Source: Hydrurus foetidus (lineage: Eukaryota). From it: a stretch of 64,000 nt of DNA. Of the stretch, positions 10,940-19,967 are shown one piece after another. A model generated the notes under the pieces. That model worked only from the letters and a program-made list of their open reading frames with translations, had not been told where the DNA came from and did not search any database. A program made the translations under genes and the position numbers. Position 1 is the first letter of the stretch. Every line of letters begins with the position of its first letter. The stretch covers positions 682,001 to 746,000 of the forward strand of contig UYFQ01000032.1 of assembly GCA_900617105.1 (NCBI GenBank), written 5' to 3'.

Positions 10940-11374
10940 ATGTCCTGGCTCATCTATACCGACGGCAGCGCCCTGCCCAACCCTGGCCGCATGGGCCTGG
11001 GGGCCGTGTGGACTGCACCCGACGGCACGCGCCACACGCTGTCTCAGATTGCCCCCGGCTACGGCTGCAACAACGAGGCGGAGGTGCTGGCGTTGGTGGC
11101 TACTTTGCAGGCACTGAAACGACAGGGCGCGGATGGGTTGCTGATGCACTGCGACAGCAGCGTGGTGGTCGAACAAGTCAGCAGCAACAGCGCCAAACCC
11201 ATTGCCCGGCTGGCGCGATTATTTGACGAGGCGCGGGCCTTGCTGCATTCGTTTGGCGATGCCCGGCTGGTGTGGATACCCGGGCACCGCAACGCTGAAG
11301 CCGATGCCCTGGCGCGTGCGGCTTTAGGGATAACAACGCAGCGGGTACTCAAAAAGACCAAGAAACGCCGGTAG
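10940..11374 (+). CDS. Ribonuclease HI-like protein
   Basis: YTDGSA..NPG, NNEAE, CDS, WIPGHRNAEADALA (D-E-D-D catalytic set). Confidence 0.88.
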   Translation: MSWLIYTDGSALPNPGRMGLGAVWTAPDGTRHTLSQIAPGYGCNNEAEVLALVATLQALKRQGADGLLMHCDSSVVVEQVSSNSAKPIARLARLFDEARALLHSFGDARLVWIPGHRNAEADALARAALGITTQRVLKKTKKRR

Positions 11375-11412
11375 TTCTTCAAGACGCGCAGAAAAGTCAG
11401 TTACATTCATTT

Positions 11413-11475
11413 TGCTATATTTTGAATAGCATCCAAAGCTCACCTGTAATGCACAGATGGCCTTTTCTGCTTATT
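11413..11475 (+). repeat. AT-rich dispersed motif, copy 2 (reaches the HAD gene stop codon)
   Basis: TGCTATATTTTGAATAGC ATCCAAAGCTCACCTGTAATGCACAGATGGCCTTTTCTGCTTA. Confidence 0.7.
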
Positions 11476-12763
11476 TCAGCAATTTACCCTGCGCAGCACC
11501 CAGTGGCGTGTGCAACTGCGAGGGCACGAACAACCCGGTGTTGTCGTCCCGCCCCTGCAACAGGTAGCGCGTCTCGGGCTTGCCGTAGTTCTGCACAGCC
11601 AGCGCAGAGAATTTGCCGATATCCGATTTCGGGTCGCGCAGACGGTTAACGATCAGCACCTTTTGCGTGTCGGAAAAGTCGGCCATCATGTTCTGGTCGC
11701 CTTCACTGTCGCCCGCGATAAAGCTTGGGCCATAGCCGTATTTGCTGACCAGGAACCGCTTGATGTTGCTGGTTTTACCCGGCCCCTGCGTCTGGTCATA
11801 GCCCCGGCGGAACTCGGCTTGCAGCACGCCTGCGGTATCGCGTTCCAGCTCCATTGCCAGCACACGGTCTACCGGGTTGCTGTAGCCAAAGGCGGGGTTG
11901 GATGAGATTTCCTTGATCACGTCCACGAACGAAGCCGAGCACACCCACACGTCAAACCCGGCCTTGCGGAACACCGCGTACAGGTCTTGCATCTCTGGCA
12001 CCAAGCGCAGGCCGCTCTTCCAACTGACAGACACCACCCCCGCCTTGCCGGGCAACGCAGCGGGGCTGTTCCACTTGACCTTGGCTACCGGCTGCTGCAC
12101 TTGCCACGCGATGGTGTCACGGGTGAGTTGGCGCACCTGCGCCTCGGTCATGCCCACAAACAGGTATGTGACCCAGGGGTAGGCGGTGTTGTGGTCAAAG
12201 GTGTCGCCAATCGCCTCGTAAAGGTAACGCAGCTTGGTGATGAACGCGGTGTAGTGCGGGTTTTGACGCACCTCGGCCAGCGGCTTGCTGCCTTTGAGGT
12301 CGCTGTAGTTCTCGTACAACCAGGTGTAGCTGGCCACGATGTCGGGGGCGACGCTGTCAATGCTGACAGGCTGGCCCGCCGCGTTGTTGAAACCGGCCAC
12401 AAAAGTGGTTTTGGGGATGTTCACCCGCAGCGCCACATCCAGCTGAGCTGGGGTGGCACCGAACACCAGGTTTTCCAACTGGTAAATCAGTGAGGCTTCT
12501 TCGATGTCCAAGAAAATGCTGGTGTTGTCCCAGTCCATCACGATATAAGGTGGCCGGGCGGAGTTGTAACCAGGGCTGGACTTGCCCAAGCGGGCAATGA
12601 GCTGGTTGATTTGATCGAGATTGAAACTGTCCCAACGACCAGGAGCGAGGCGTACCGGTGTGGTGTCGGACACCACCGTAGCGCAGCCCGTGCCTATAAG
12701 GGCGAGGGAAGCGATGCCAGTGCCCATAAACATGCGGCGATTGGTGGAAGTACTGAAGTTCAT
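11471..12763 (-). CDS. Tat-exported lipoprotein HAD-family phosphatase (phosphorylcholine/phosphoserine phosphatase-like)
   Basis: NRRMFM twin-arginine, LIGTGC lipobox, DWDNT (motif I), CSAS, GK, AGDSEGD (motif IV). Confidence 0.82.
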   Translation of the reverse strand: MNFSTSTNRRMFMGTGIASLALIGTGCATVVSDTTPVRLAPGRWDSFNLDQINQLIARLGKSSPGYNSARPPYIVMDWDNTSIFLDIEEASLIYQLENLVFGATPAQLDVALRVNIPKTTFVAGFNNAAGQPVSIDSVAPDIVASYTWLYENYSDLKGSKPLAEVRQNPHYTAFITKLRYLYEAIGDTFDHNTAYPWVTYLFVGMTEAQVRQLTRDTIAWQVQQPVAKVKWNSPAALPGKAGVVSVSWKSGLRLVPEMQDLYAVFRKAGFDVWVCSASFVDVIKEISSNPAFGYSNPVDRVLAMELERDTAGVLQAEFRRGYDQTQGPGKTSNIKRFLVSKYGYGPSFIAGDSEGDQNMMADFSDTQKVLIVNRLRDPKSDIGKFSALAVQNYGKPETRYLLQGRDDNTGLFVPSQLHTPLGAAQGKLLK

Positions 12764-12773
12764 GAAAAGCCTT

Positions 12774-13565
12774 TCAAGTTGAAACAGGTTGACCCAGGGG
12801 GGCCATATCGGACACATCACTCTCGTCTTTCAGACCGACGCCCGTCAGCCCCAAGCGCATGGCACGCTGCATCAGCCATGCCAGCTTGAAGGCGGCAGCA
12901 CCGTACGACAGGCCCTCTGGCCGTACATTGGAGATGCAATTGCGCTCGGCATCGTGCCGCCCGCGCTTTGGGGCATGGGTAAGGTAGATGCCCAGGCTGT
13001 CCGGAGAACTTAAACCGGGGCGCTCACCAATCAGGATCACTGACAAGGCGGCACCAAAAATTTCACCCACCTCGTCTGCCACAGCCACACGGGCCTGGGT
13101 CATCAATACAACAGGGGCGATTTTTGTTCCTACGGGCAACAGCGGGCGCAGCGCATGCAGCAAGGGCACGGCATGGCGGGCCACGGCCAGCGAAGAAAGG
13201 CCATCACCGATGACGAGACACAGATCGACAGCCGTTTCTGGCCCGTCTTGCAACGTACAAAGGGCACGCAGCCTTTGGGCATCCGCTTCATCCAACTGCC
13301 GCCCCAAATCAGGCCGCCGCAAGTAGGTGGTGCGGTCTGCGGCCCGGCTGCGGGCTTGGGTGCAGACCCAGCCATCGGCTTGCAAGGCAAGCGCCAGAGC
13401 GGGTGTGTCCAAGGGCGCATGGATGGCATCGCGGGCCATCGCGTGCGACCAGCCAAAGCGCAAGGCTTCATCGGTGGGGGTGGCGTTACCGGCACGCCCC
13501 AAAGCGATGCGGGCCGAGGTGTGACGGCGCCAGTGTGACCAGGGGCTGGGGGTGATATCGTCCAT
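12774..13565 (-). CDS. eutC: Ethanolamine ammonia-lyase small subunit
   Basis: TSARIALGRAG, YLRRPDLGR, GDGLSS, IGERPGLSSPDSLG, RNCISN. Confidence 0.96.
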   Translation of the reverse strand: MDDITPSPWSHWRRHTSARIALGRAGNATPTDEALRFGWSHAMARDAIHAPLDTPALALALQADGWVCTQARSRAADRTTYLRRPDLGRQLDEADAQRLRALCTLQDGPETAVDLCLVIGDGLSSLAVARHAVPLLHALRPLLPVGTKIAPVVLMTQARVAVADEVGEIFGAALSVILIGERPGLSSPDSLGIYLTHAPKRGRHDAERNCISNVRPEGLSYGAAAFKLAWLMQRAMRLGLTGVGLKDESDVSDMAPLGQPVST

Positions 13566-13579
13566 CAAAAGTGTCCTGC

Positions 13580-14998
13580 TCAGGCGGGCAAGGCCAAGCG
13601 GCCCATGCCTTGCAACAGCGGGTGCGTGGAGGCCACGGGCAAGATACCCCCTGCGGCATCGCTGATCTGCATCCGCTGCAACCACGCCTCGAACTCGGGC
13701 GCACGTTGCAGCCCCAGGGTTTCGCGCAGAAACAGCGCATCATGGAACGAGGTGCTTTGGTAGTTCAGCATGATGTCGTCCGCCCCCGGCACACCGATCA
13801 AAAAGGTCAGCCCAGCGGTGGCAAGCAGCACCATCAGTGTGTCCATGTCGTCCTGGTCAGCCTCGGCGTGGTTGGTGTAGCAGACATCGCAGCCCATAGG
13901 CAGGCCCAAGAGCTTGCCGCAAAAGTGGTCTTCCAGGCCAGCGCGGATGATTTGTTTGCCGTCATACAGGTATTCAGGGCCGATAAAGCCGACCACGGTG
14001 TTGATGAGCAGGGGCTTGTAGCGCCGTCCCAGCGCATAAGCCCGTGCCTCGCAGGTTTGCTGGTCAACGCCAAAGTTGGCGTTGGCAGAGAGCGCACTGC
14101 CCTGACCGGTTTCAAAGTACATCACGTTCGCCTCAGCACTTCCGTCGCCATCCCTGCCCACCGTGCCGCGCTTTTGTGACAAGGCCGCGTCACAGGCTTC
14201 GTCAAGCAACTCAGGGGTCACACCGAACGAGAGGTTGGTTTTCTCGGTGCCCCCGATGGACTGGAACACCAAATCCACTGGTGCGCCGGACTCGATCAAT
14301 TGCAAGGTGTTGGTCACATGGGTCAGCACGCAGGTCTGGGTAGGGATCTCAAAGTGCTGCACAACTTCATCAAGCAGGTGCAGCAATTGGCCCAACACGG
14401 GCAGACTGTCCGAGGCCGGGTTCAGGCCAATGACGGCATCGCCCGCGCCCAGCATCAGACCGTCCAGCGTGGAAGCCGCTACACCGCGCACATCGTCCGT
14501 CGGGTGGTTGGGTTGCAGGCGCACCGCCATGCAACCGGGCAGACCCAAGGTATTGCGAAAGCGGGTGATGACGCGACATTTGCGGGCCACGGCAATCAAA
14601 TCTTGGTTGCGCATTAGCTTGGACACCGCTGCAACCATCTCGGGTGTGAGACCGGGGGCCAGCGCGGTCAGTACCTCGGGCGTGGCCACGTCACCCAGCA
14701 GCCAGTTACGGAACTGGCCGACGGTCATGTGGGCCACTGGCAAAAAGGCCACCGTGTCGTGGCTGTCCAGAATCAGCCGAGTGATGTTGTCGCTCTCATA
14801 CGGGATCAAGGCCTCTTGTAAAAACTGCTTGAGCGGCACATCGGCCAACACGTAACGTGCAGCCATGCGCTGCTGGGCGGTGGCCGCGCCCACGCCAGCG
14901 AGATAGTCCCCCGAACGCGGTGGGCTGGCCATCGCCATGACTTGGCGCAGATCGTCGAACGCGAACCCTTGGGAGGCGATGGTGGTGTGATAACGCAT
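13580..14998 (-). CDS. eutB: Ethanolamine ammonia-lyase large subunit
   Basis: RSGD, RLQPNHPTDD, MYFETGQGS, VVGFIGPEYL, GCDVCYTNH, YQSTSFHD. Confidence 0.98.
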   Translation of the reverse strand: MRYHTTIASQGFAFDDLRQVMAMASPPRSGDYLAGVGAATAQQRMAARYVLADVPLKQFLQEALIPYESDNITRLILDSHDTVAFLPVAHMTVGQFRNWLLGDVATPEVLTALAPGLTPEMVAAVSKLMRNQDLIAVARKCRVITRFRNTLGLPGCMAVRLQPNHPTDDVRGVAASTLDGLMLGAGDAVIGLNPASDSLPVLGQLLHLLDEVVQHFEIPTQTCVLTHVTNTLQLIESGAPVDLVFQSIGGTEKTNLSFGVTPELLDEACDAALSQKRGTVGRDGDGSAEANVMYFETGQGSALSANANFGVDQQTCEARAYALGRRYKPLLINTVVGFIGPEYLYDGKQIIRAGLEDHFCGKLLGLPMGCDVCYTNHAEADQDDMDTLMVLLATAGLTFLIGVPGADDIMLNYQSTSFHDALFLRETLGLQRAPEFEAWLQRMQISDAAGGILPVASTHPLLQGMGRLALPA

Positions 14999-15007
14999 GT
15001 GGGATGA

Positions 15008-15042
15008 CTTGGGTCGAGGCTTGGGTCGAGGCTTGGGCGAGG
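15008..15042. repeat. 12-bp tandem repeat (CTTGGGTCGAGG x3, last copy imperfect) in the eat-eutB spacer
   Basis: cttgggtcgagg cttgggtcgagg cttgggcgagg. Confidence 0.85.
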
Positions 15043-15043
15043 T

Positions 15044-16447
15044 CTAAGGTGTTTTGTGCAGCATCGCGTCCGGCGCAGCGGCATCGCGGTTCGCAGAGGT
15101 CAGCACAAAGTAAGCGTAGGCCAGCGCCATCAGGCCCACAAACAGCAGCGTCAGCATGGCGTTGAACCACACCATCGCCACCAAGCACACCCCTCCAAGC
15201 CCCAGCGCAATCGCAGGGAAAATCGGGTAAAACGGGGCTTTGTAGGTGCGCAGCAAGTCAGGCTCGCTGTGGCGCAGTTTGAACAACGCAGCCATCGACA
15301 TCATGTACATCACGATGGCCCCCAGCACCGCCAGGGTGACGATGTTGGCCGTCAGCGTTTGCCCGCCAAACTGCACCAGTTCGTCACTGAAAATCGCCAC
15401 AACACCCACCACCCCACCGGCCACCAGCGCCCGTTGCGGCGTGTTGAAGCGCGGGCTGAGTTCGGCAAAGTAACGCGGCAAATAGCCGGCTCTGGCCAGG
15501 GCAAAAATCTGCCGCGAATAGCCCATGATGATGCCGTGGAACGAGGCGATCAGCCCAAACAACCCAATCCACACCAGCATGTGCAGCCAGCCGCTGGATT
15601 CCCCCACCACCATTTTCATCGCCTGCGGCAAGGGGTCATTGATGTTGGCCAAGGTGCGCCAATCGCCTACACCACCAGCAAAAATCATCACCCCAAAGGC
15701 CAGCACCACCAGCGTCACGATGCCTGTGGTGTAGGCGATAGGGATGGTGCGGTGCGGGTCGCGTGCTTCCTCCGCCGCCATAGCAGCCCCTTCGATGGCC
15801 AAGAAGAACCAGATGGCGAACGGAATGGACGCAAAGATGCCCGTCATCGCGCTGAGGCTGAAGCTGTCAGCCCCTGACCAGCCGTGCGCCACGAAATTGG
15901 CCATCGTCCAGCCAGGACTGACCACGCCCATAAACATCAGCAACTCAAAAATCGCCAGCAGCGTGACGACCAGCTCAAACGCCGCCGCAATGCCTACCCC
16001 CACCCAGTTCAGGGCGATAAAGGCCACATAGGCAACCAACGCAATCAGCTTGGGGTTGACACCCGGAAACTGCACGTTCAGGTAGGCCCCAATCGCCAAC
16101 GCAATCGCAGGGGGTGCGAAGACAAACTCCACCAGCGTGGCAAATCCGGCAATGAAACCCCCTGTCGGCCCAAACGCCCGACGCGCATAGGCAAACGGCC
16201 CGCCTGCGTGCGGGATGGCCGTCGAAAGCTCGGTGAAACTGAAGATGAACGTGGTGTACATCGTCGCCACCAGCACGGTGGCCACCAAAAAACCCAGCGT
16301 TCCTGCTGTGTTCCAGCCATAGCTCCAGCCGAAATACTCGCCAGAGATCACCAAGCCCACGGCGATCCCCCAGAGCTGGACAGGGCCGAGTACCTTTTGC
16401 AGGCCAGTAGCGGTTGAAGGGGTGGGCGAAGGTGCAGGCACGGCCAT
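15044..16447 (-). CDS. eat: Ethanolamine permease (APC family)
   Basis: WGIAVGLVISGEYFGW, IPFAIWFFLAIEG, GLIASFHGII; directly upstream of eutB. Confidence 0.95.
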   Translation of the reverse strand: MAVPAPSPTPSTATGLQKVLGPVQLWGIAVGLVISGEYFGWSYGWNTAGTLGFLVATVLVATMYTTFIFSFTELSTAIPHAGGPFAYARRAFGPTGGFIAGFATLVEFVFAPPAIALAIGAYLNVQFPGVNPKLIALVAYVAFIALNWVGVGIAAAFELVVTLLAIFELLMFMGVVSPGWTMANFVAHGWSGADSFSLSAMTGIFASIPFAIWFFLAIEGAAMAAEEARDPHRTIPIAYTTGIVTLVVLAFGVMIFAGGVGDWRTLANINDPLPQAMKMVVGESSGWLHMLVWIGLFGLIASFHGIIMGYSRQIFALARAGYLPRYFAELSPRFNTPQRALVAGGVVGVVAIFSDELVQFGGQTLTANIVTLAVLGAIVMYMMSMAALFKLRHSEPDLLRTYKAPFYPIFPAIALGLGGVCLVAMVWFNAMLTLLFVGLMALAYAYFVLTSANRDAAAPDAMLHKTP

Positions 16448-16620
16448 AGAGATGTCCTTGGGTGTTGAAGTGCAGACGCTGAGATTTGGAGCACAAGCGC
16501 TAGGGTTCGGACTGATTGAATCAAAAGTCGGGTTCAACAGCTATCCCGATTTGGAAAATATGCATAGCATCTGATGCTGGCATTTGTTTTGCTTGACGAC
16601 CACAACATCCTTTGCAAACC

Positions 16621-17670
16621 ATGACGGCACCTCCTTTCTTCCCCAGTGCAGGGCGCATTCCGACGGAATACCGCTACTGCACCGCCATCGACAGCCTGCG
16701 CTTCACAACGCGCACCAGCTGCGACGTGGACGAACATGCCAATCACCTTTCGCAGTGGCGGCAAAGCTATGACCAGCTTTCAAAGGGTCGTTTTCAGGGG
16801 CTGGTGCGCGAACTGTGGGTGGATGGCCCACGCATCCAAATTTTTCACGAACACACGGGGCAACAAACAAGCCAGCAGTGCCTGCCCTGGGCGGGGGCGG
16901 CCTGGTTCGGTATTCCTGACCTGGTGCAATCTGAGCCGCTGTACTTTTGTGGACAGATGCAGCATCCGGCACAGTGCCATACCGTTCTGATGACACGCAG
17001 CGATACGGAATTTACACTGCGCACCCCCCCAAACTTCGGCATCTATGGCGTGGTGGTGGACGAAGTTTGGCTACACGCACAACTCGATCGCCTTCGCCAA
17101 TCGACACCCTTCGCCCCCTTTCACACCCGTTTGCGTGCAGCGCCCGTAACACTCGCACTGCACACCGCACTGTGTGAAACCCTGGCATCCCTTCTTCGGC
17201 TGGCGGCTGCCGGTGAGGCACTTCACGGCGGAGGGCAACTGGCATTGCACGCGCTGCTTGACCATTTGCTGTGTTTGCTGTGCAACGCGGCCAGTCATGC
17301 CGAAGACCTGGTGCAAGCCGGTCTGCGCCAGCGCAGGTTGAGCACCGTCATGGCCGCACGCGACTTGGTGTGCCACCCCCTGAACCATGTACTCACCGTG
17401 GACGATATTTGCACACAGTTACACCTGACCCGGCGCACTTTGCACAATCATTTTCACAATGTGCTGGGGGAATCCCCTACCGACTTCCTCAAAGCAGTAC
17501 GGTTGAACGCATGCCGCCGCAGCCTGCGCGACAGCCGCACCGACAAAACCATACAAGACATTGCCAGCCAGTGGGGGTTTTTCCACATGGGGCATTTTTC
17601 TCATGACTACAAAGCTCTGTTTGGCGAACTGCCTTCGCACACACTTCAAGAAACACGTGCGGCGCACTAA
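16621..17670 (+). CDS. eutR: AraC-family ethanolamine regulator (EutR-like)
   Basis: DVDEHA..LSQW.QSYDQLS.G.F N-terminus; C-terminal AraC HTH (WGFFHMGHFS.DYK); divergent from eat. Confidence 0.85.
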   Translation: MTAPPFFPSAGRIPTEYRYCTAIDSLRFTTRTSCDVDEHANHLSQWRQSYDQLSKGRFQGLVRELWVDGPRIQIFHEHTGQQTSQQCLPWAGAAWFGIPDLVQSEPLYFCGQMQHPAQCHTVLMTRSDTEFTLRTPPNFGIYGVVVDEVWLHAQLDRLRQSTPFAPFHTRLRAAPVTLALHTALCETLASLLRLAAAGEALHGGGQLALHALLDHLLCLLCNAASHAEDLVQAGLRQRRLSTVMAARDLVCHPLNHVLTVDDICTQLHLTRRTLHNHFHNVLGESPTDFLKAVRLNACRRSLRDSRTDKTIQDIASQWGFFHMGHFSHDYKALFGELPSHTLQETRAAH

Positions 17671-18755
17671 AGCAGACGCTGCACCAGCCAAATACAACCC
17701 ATCACAAGGGCAAAGCCAGAAATGCCCTGGGTACGGTGCTGATCCGTCAGTGCAGGCCACAAGCGTGACAAAAGCGCCATCACTGCCAGTGCTATCAAAA
17801 GGAAAATACCTTGGCCGAGCTCAATACCCAGGTTGAACCCCAAAAGACTACCGAGCTTGTGCGTGCTGTCCAGCCCTATCTCATTCATGGAGGCGGCAAA
17901 CCCCAAACCATGCAACAGGCCGCAGGCACCCACAACGCCCAAATTCCACTTGTGCAGCTTGGCCCAAGATGGCACAAGCCGCAAGTTCACCAGCGCCATG
18001 AACACAATGCTGGCAGCAATCAGGGGCTCAACCCATCGAGAAGGCGCCTGCACATAACCGACCAAGGCCAGTACCAAGGTCACACTGTGTGCCACGGTGA
18101 ACACCGTGATGACGCTGAGCCAGTAACGCCACCCCACGCCCGCCACGATCACCGTCAGCAAAAACAGCAAATGGTCGGTTCCCATCAGCACATGCGCCAT
18201 GCCAATTTGAATATAGCTGCCCACGGTGCTCAGCGCGGATCGGAAAAACCGGTAGCTTGAACGCGCCGGGGTCAACACGGCCACATCGGCCTCCTCTTCA
18301 CCCAGACCCTTGCGCGTCGCCTTGATGGTCATTTGCTGCTCGGAGGCTGTTTTGCCAAACAAATCCGTTTCCAGCTGAAGCGCAGCCGGTGGCTTGAGAA
18401 ACTTGACCTGCTTCAGCGCAATCAATTGGTCGGCCACTGCCGCGTTGTCGTGGGTGGGTGAATGCACCAAACTGACCATGACGGTTTGGCCCAAAGTACC
18501 GTCATCCGAAAGTCGAAACCGCTGGTCAACCTGCGTTTGCAGCGCGGTCTGGTGCTTTTGCAACTCGGTCAAGCTGATAAGGCCATCCCCGTCGTCATCA
18601 GCCCCACTGAGCGCCGATACCGGCACCGAAACCACCGCATAAACCGCGTTCTCCAGCACATTGACAGTGCCCTTTTGGGCTGGCATCACATGGCCGTACA
18701 CCGCATAGGGGAGCAGCCAGAGCAACAGCATCGCGCGTTTCAACCTCAACACCAC
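17667..18755 (-). CDS. HupE/UreJ-family membrane protein with exported N-terminal domain
   Basis: Signal peptide ending ..YG-H, HVLMGTDHLLFL, FTVAHSVTL, GLLHGLGFA, FNLGIELGQ; EF-hand-like DDDGDGLISLTE. Confidence 0.87.
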   Translation of the reverse strand: MVLRLKRAMLLLWLLPYAVYGHVMPAQKGTVNVLENAVYAVVSVPVSALSGADDDGDGLISLTELQKHQTALQTQVDQRFRLSDDGTLGQTVMVSLVHSPTHDNAAVADQLIALKQVKFLKPPAALQLETDLFGKTASEQQMTIKATRKGLGEEEADVAVLTPARSSYRFFRSALSTVGSYIQIGMAHVLMGTDHLLFLLTVIVAGVGWRYWLSVITVFTVAHSVTLVLALVGYVQAPSRWVEPLIAASIVFMALVNLRLVPSWAKLHKWNLGVVGACGLLHGLGFAASMNEIGLDSTHKLGSLLGFNLGIELGQGIFLLIALAVMALLSRLWPALTDQHRTQGISGFALVMGCIWLVQRLL

Positions 18756-18759
18756 GCTT

Positions 18760-19920
18760 TCAGGGCACCGTGCCGTTCACGCAGCGCTGGATGTAGGGGT
18801 AGCTGTCGGTGATGACGTAGTGGTAGATGCCGTTCGGAAACTCGGGGGTGACACCCGTTCGTCCGTTGCACTGGTCTAAATCGCCCAGACCAGCCACGTA
18901 TTCCCAGTCTTGTACAAAATGCCCCATCGGGAAACTGGCCGTCGATGGACGACCTGCATCTGTGGTGGTTTTGACCCGGTAGCTGCCGGTCAACACCTTC
19001 AATGCCGATGATGAGTTGAGCGCCAAGGTGTAGCCGTAACGTGCATACATGGGAAACCCATCAGAGGCCCAGCCCACCAAGGTCATTGACGTGGTGCTGG
19101 CGCTGTTGAGCTTGGCGACCAAACCTTCGGGTACGCCGTGGTAGTGGTACTCGCCATTGGGTTGAACGTGCGCTTTGTTGATGTCCGTACCGAAATCAAA
19201 TTTCCACGGGCTGACGTTGCCGGGCAAGGCTTCCATGCGCCAAGTCCCGCCGCCGCCCGCGTAATTGCAAGCCGATACAGCAGAGGCAGTACTGGGGCAC
19301 GTACCTGCGGTTCCTGGCTCAAATTTGATGCTGTTGATCGCAGTGCCCGGTATCTGCACAGCCGTTGCAGCGCTCGCCAGCGTGGGGGTCAATGTGAAGG
19401 CTTTTGAAATCGCCTGAGCCGATATTTTGGTAGCGAAGACTCCGCCTGTTACCGCGTGGTTCGGCACCCCATTGCCGGTGACGCTGCGGGTGGTGGCACA
19501 CCCCCATGTGTAGTTGTAAGCCAAAGACTCTGACACGGCAATGCTGCTGGTCGATATGGGGCTGCTGTTGGTGTAAACCAGGGCTTGGGTGCCGCTGTCC
19601 GTTCTCGCGCAGCCGATGCCCGCAGTGGAGGTGGTGCTGGTTGTGGTGCCGTTGCTTGATGCGGTACCCGCTGTATTGGCGACCGGCGTTGGGGCCGGTG
19701 TCGCTACCACCGTAGTGGTGCTGGGAGCGGGGGTTGGGGTAGTCGTTGTCGTGACAGTCGTTGCACTGGGTGCAGGCGCAGTGGTCGTCGTTGCCACGCT
19801 TGGGGCGGGTGCCGTCACCGTTGAAGTGGTGGTATCAGAGCCTCCCCCTCCGCAAGCACTGGCCAGGGTTGCGACAAAAAGTACGGTTAATTTGTCCAGC
19901 AGTGAGAAATTCGAGTCCAT
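18760..19920 (-). CDS. YHYH-domain lipoprotein with Thr/Pro-rich linker
   Basis: LASAC-GGG lipobox; HVQPNGEYHYH, GWASDGFPMY, DLDQCNG, YHY. Confidence 0.88.
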   Translation of the reverse strand: MDSNFSLLDKLTVLFVATLASACGGGGSDTTTSTVTAPAPSVATTTTAPAPSATTVTTTTTPTPAPSTTTVVATPAPTPVANTAGTASSNGTTTSTTSTAGIGCARTDSGTQALVYTNSSPISTSSIAVSESLAYNYTWGCATTRSVTGNGVPNHAVTGGVFATKISAQAISKAFTLTPTLASAATAVQIPGTAINSIKFEPGTAGTCPSTASAVSACNYAGGGGTWRMEALPGNVSPWKFDFGTDINKAHVQPNGEYHYHGVPEGLVAKLNSASTTSMTLVGWASDGFPMYARYGYTLALNSSSALKVLTGSYRVKTTTDAGRPSTASFPMGHFVQDWEYVAGLGDLDQCNGRTGVTPEFPNGIYHYVITDSYPYIQRCVNGTVP

Positions 19921-19967
19921 GTGAAATACCCTTGCGTCAATTTAAACGTCTCGATGATAGGCCTCAA

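Noticed and set aside
17790..17812. TGCTATCAAAAGGAAAAT inside the HupE/UreJ gene
   Set aside because: Explained by IFLLIA codons and lacks the rest of the motif.
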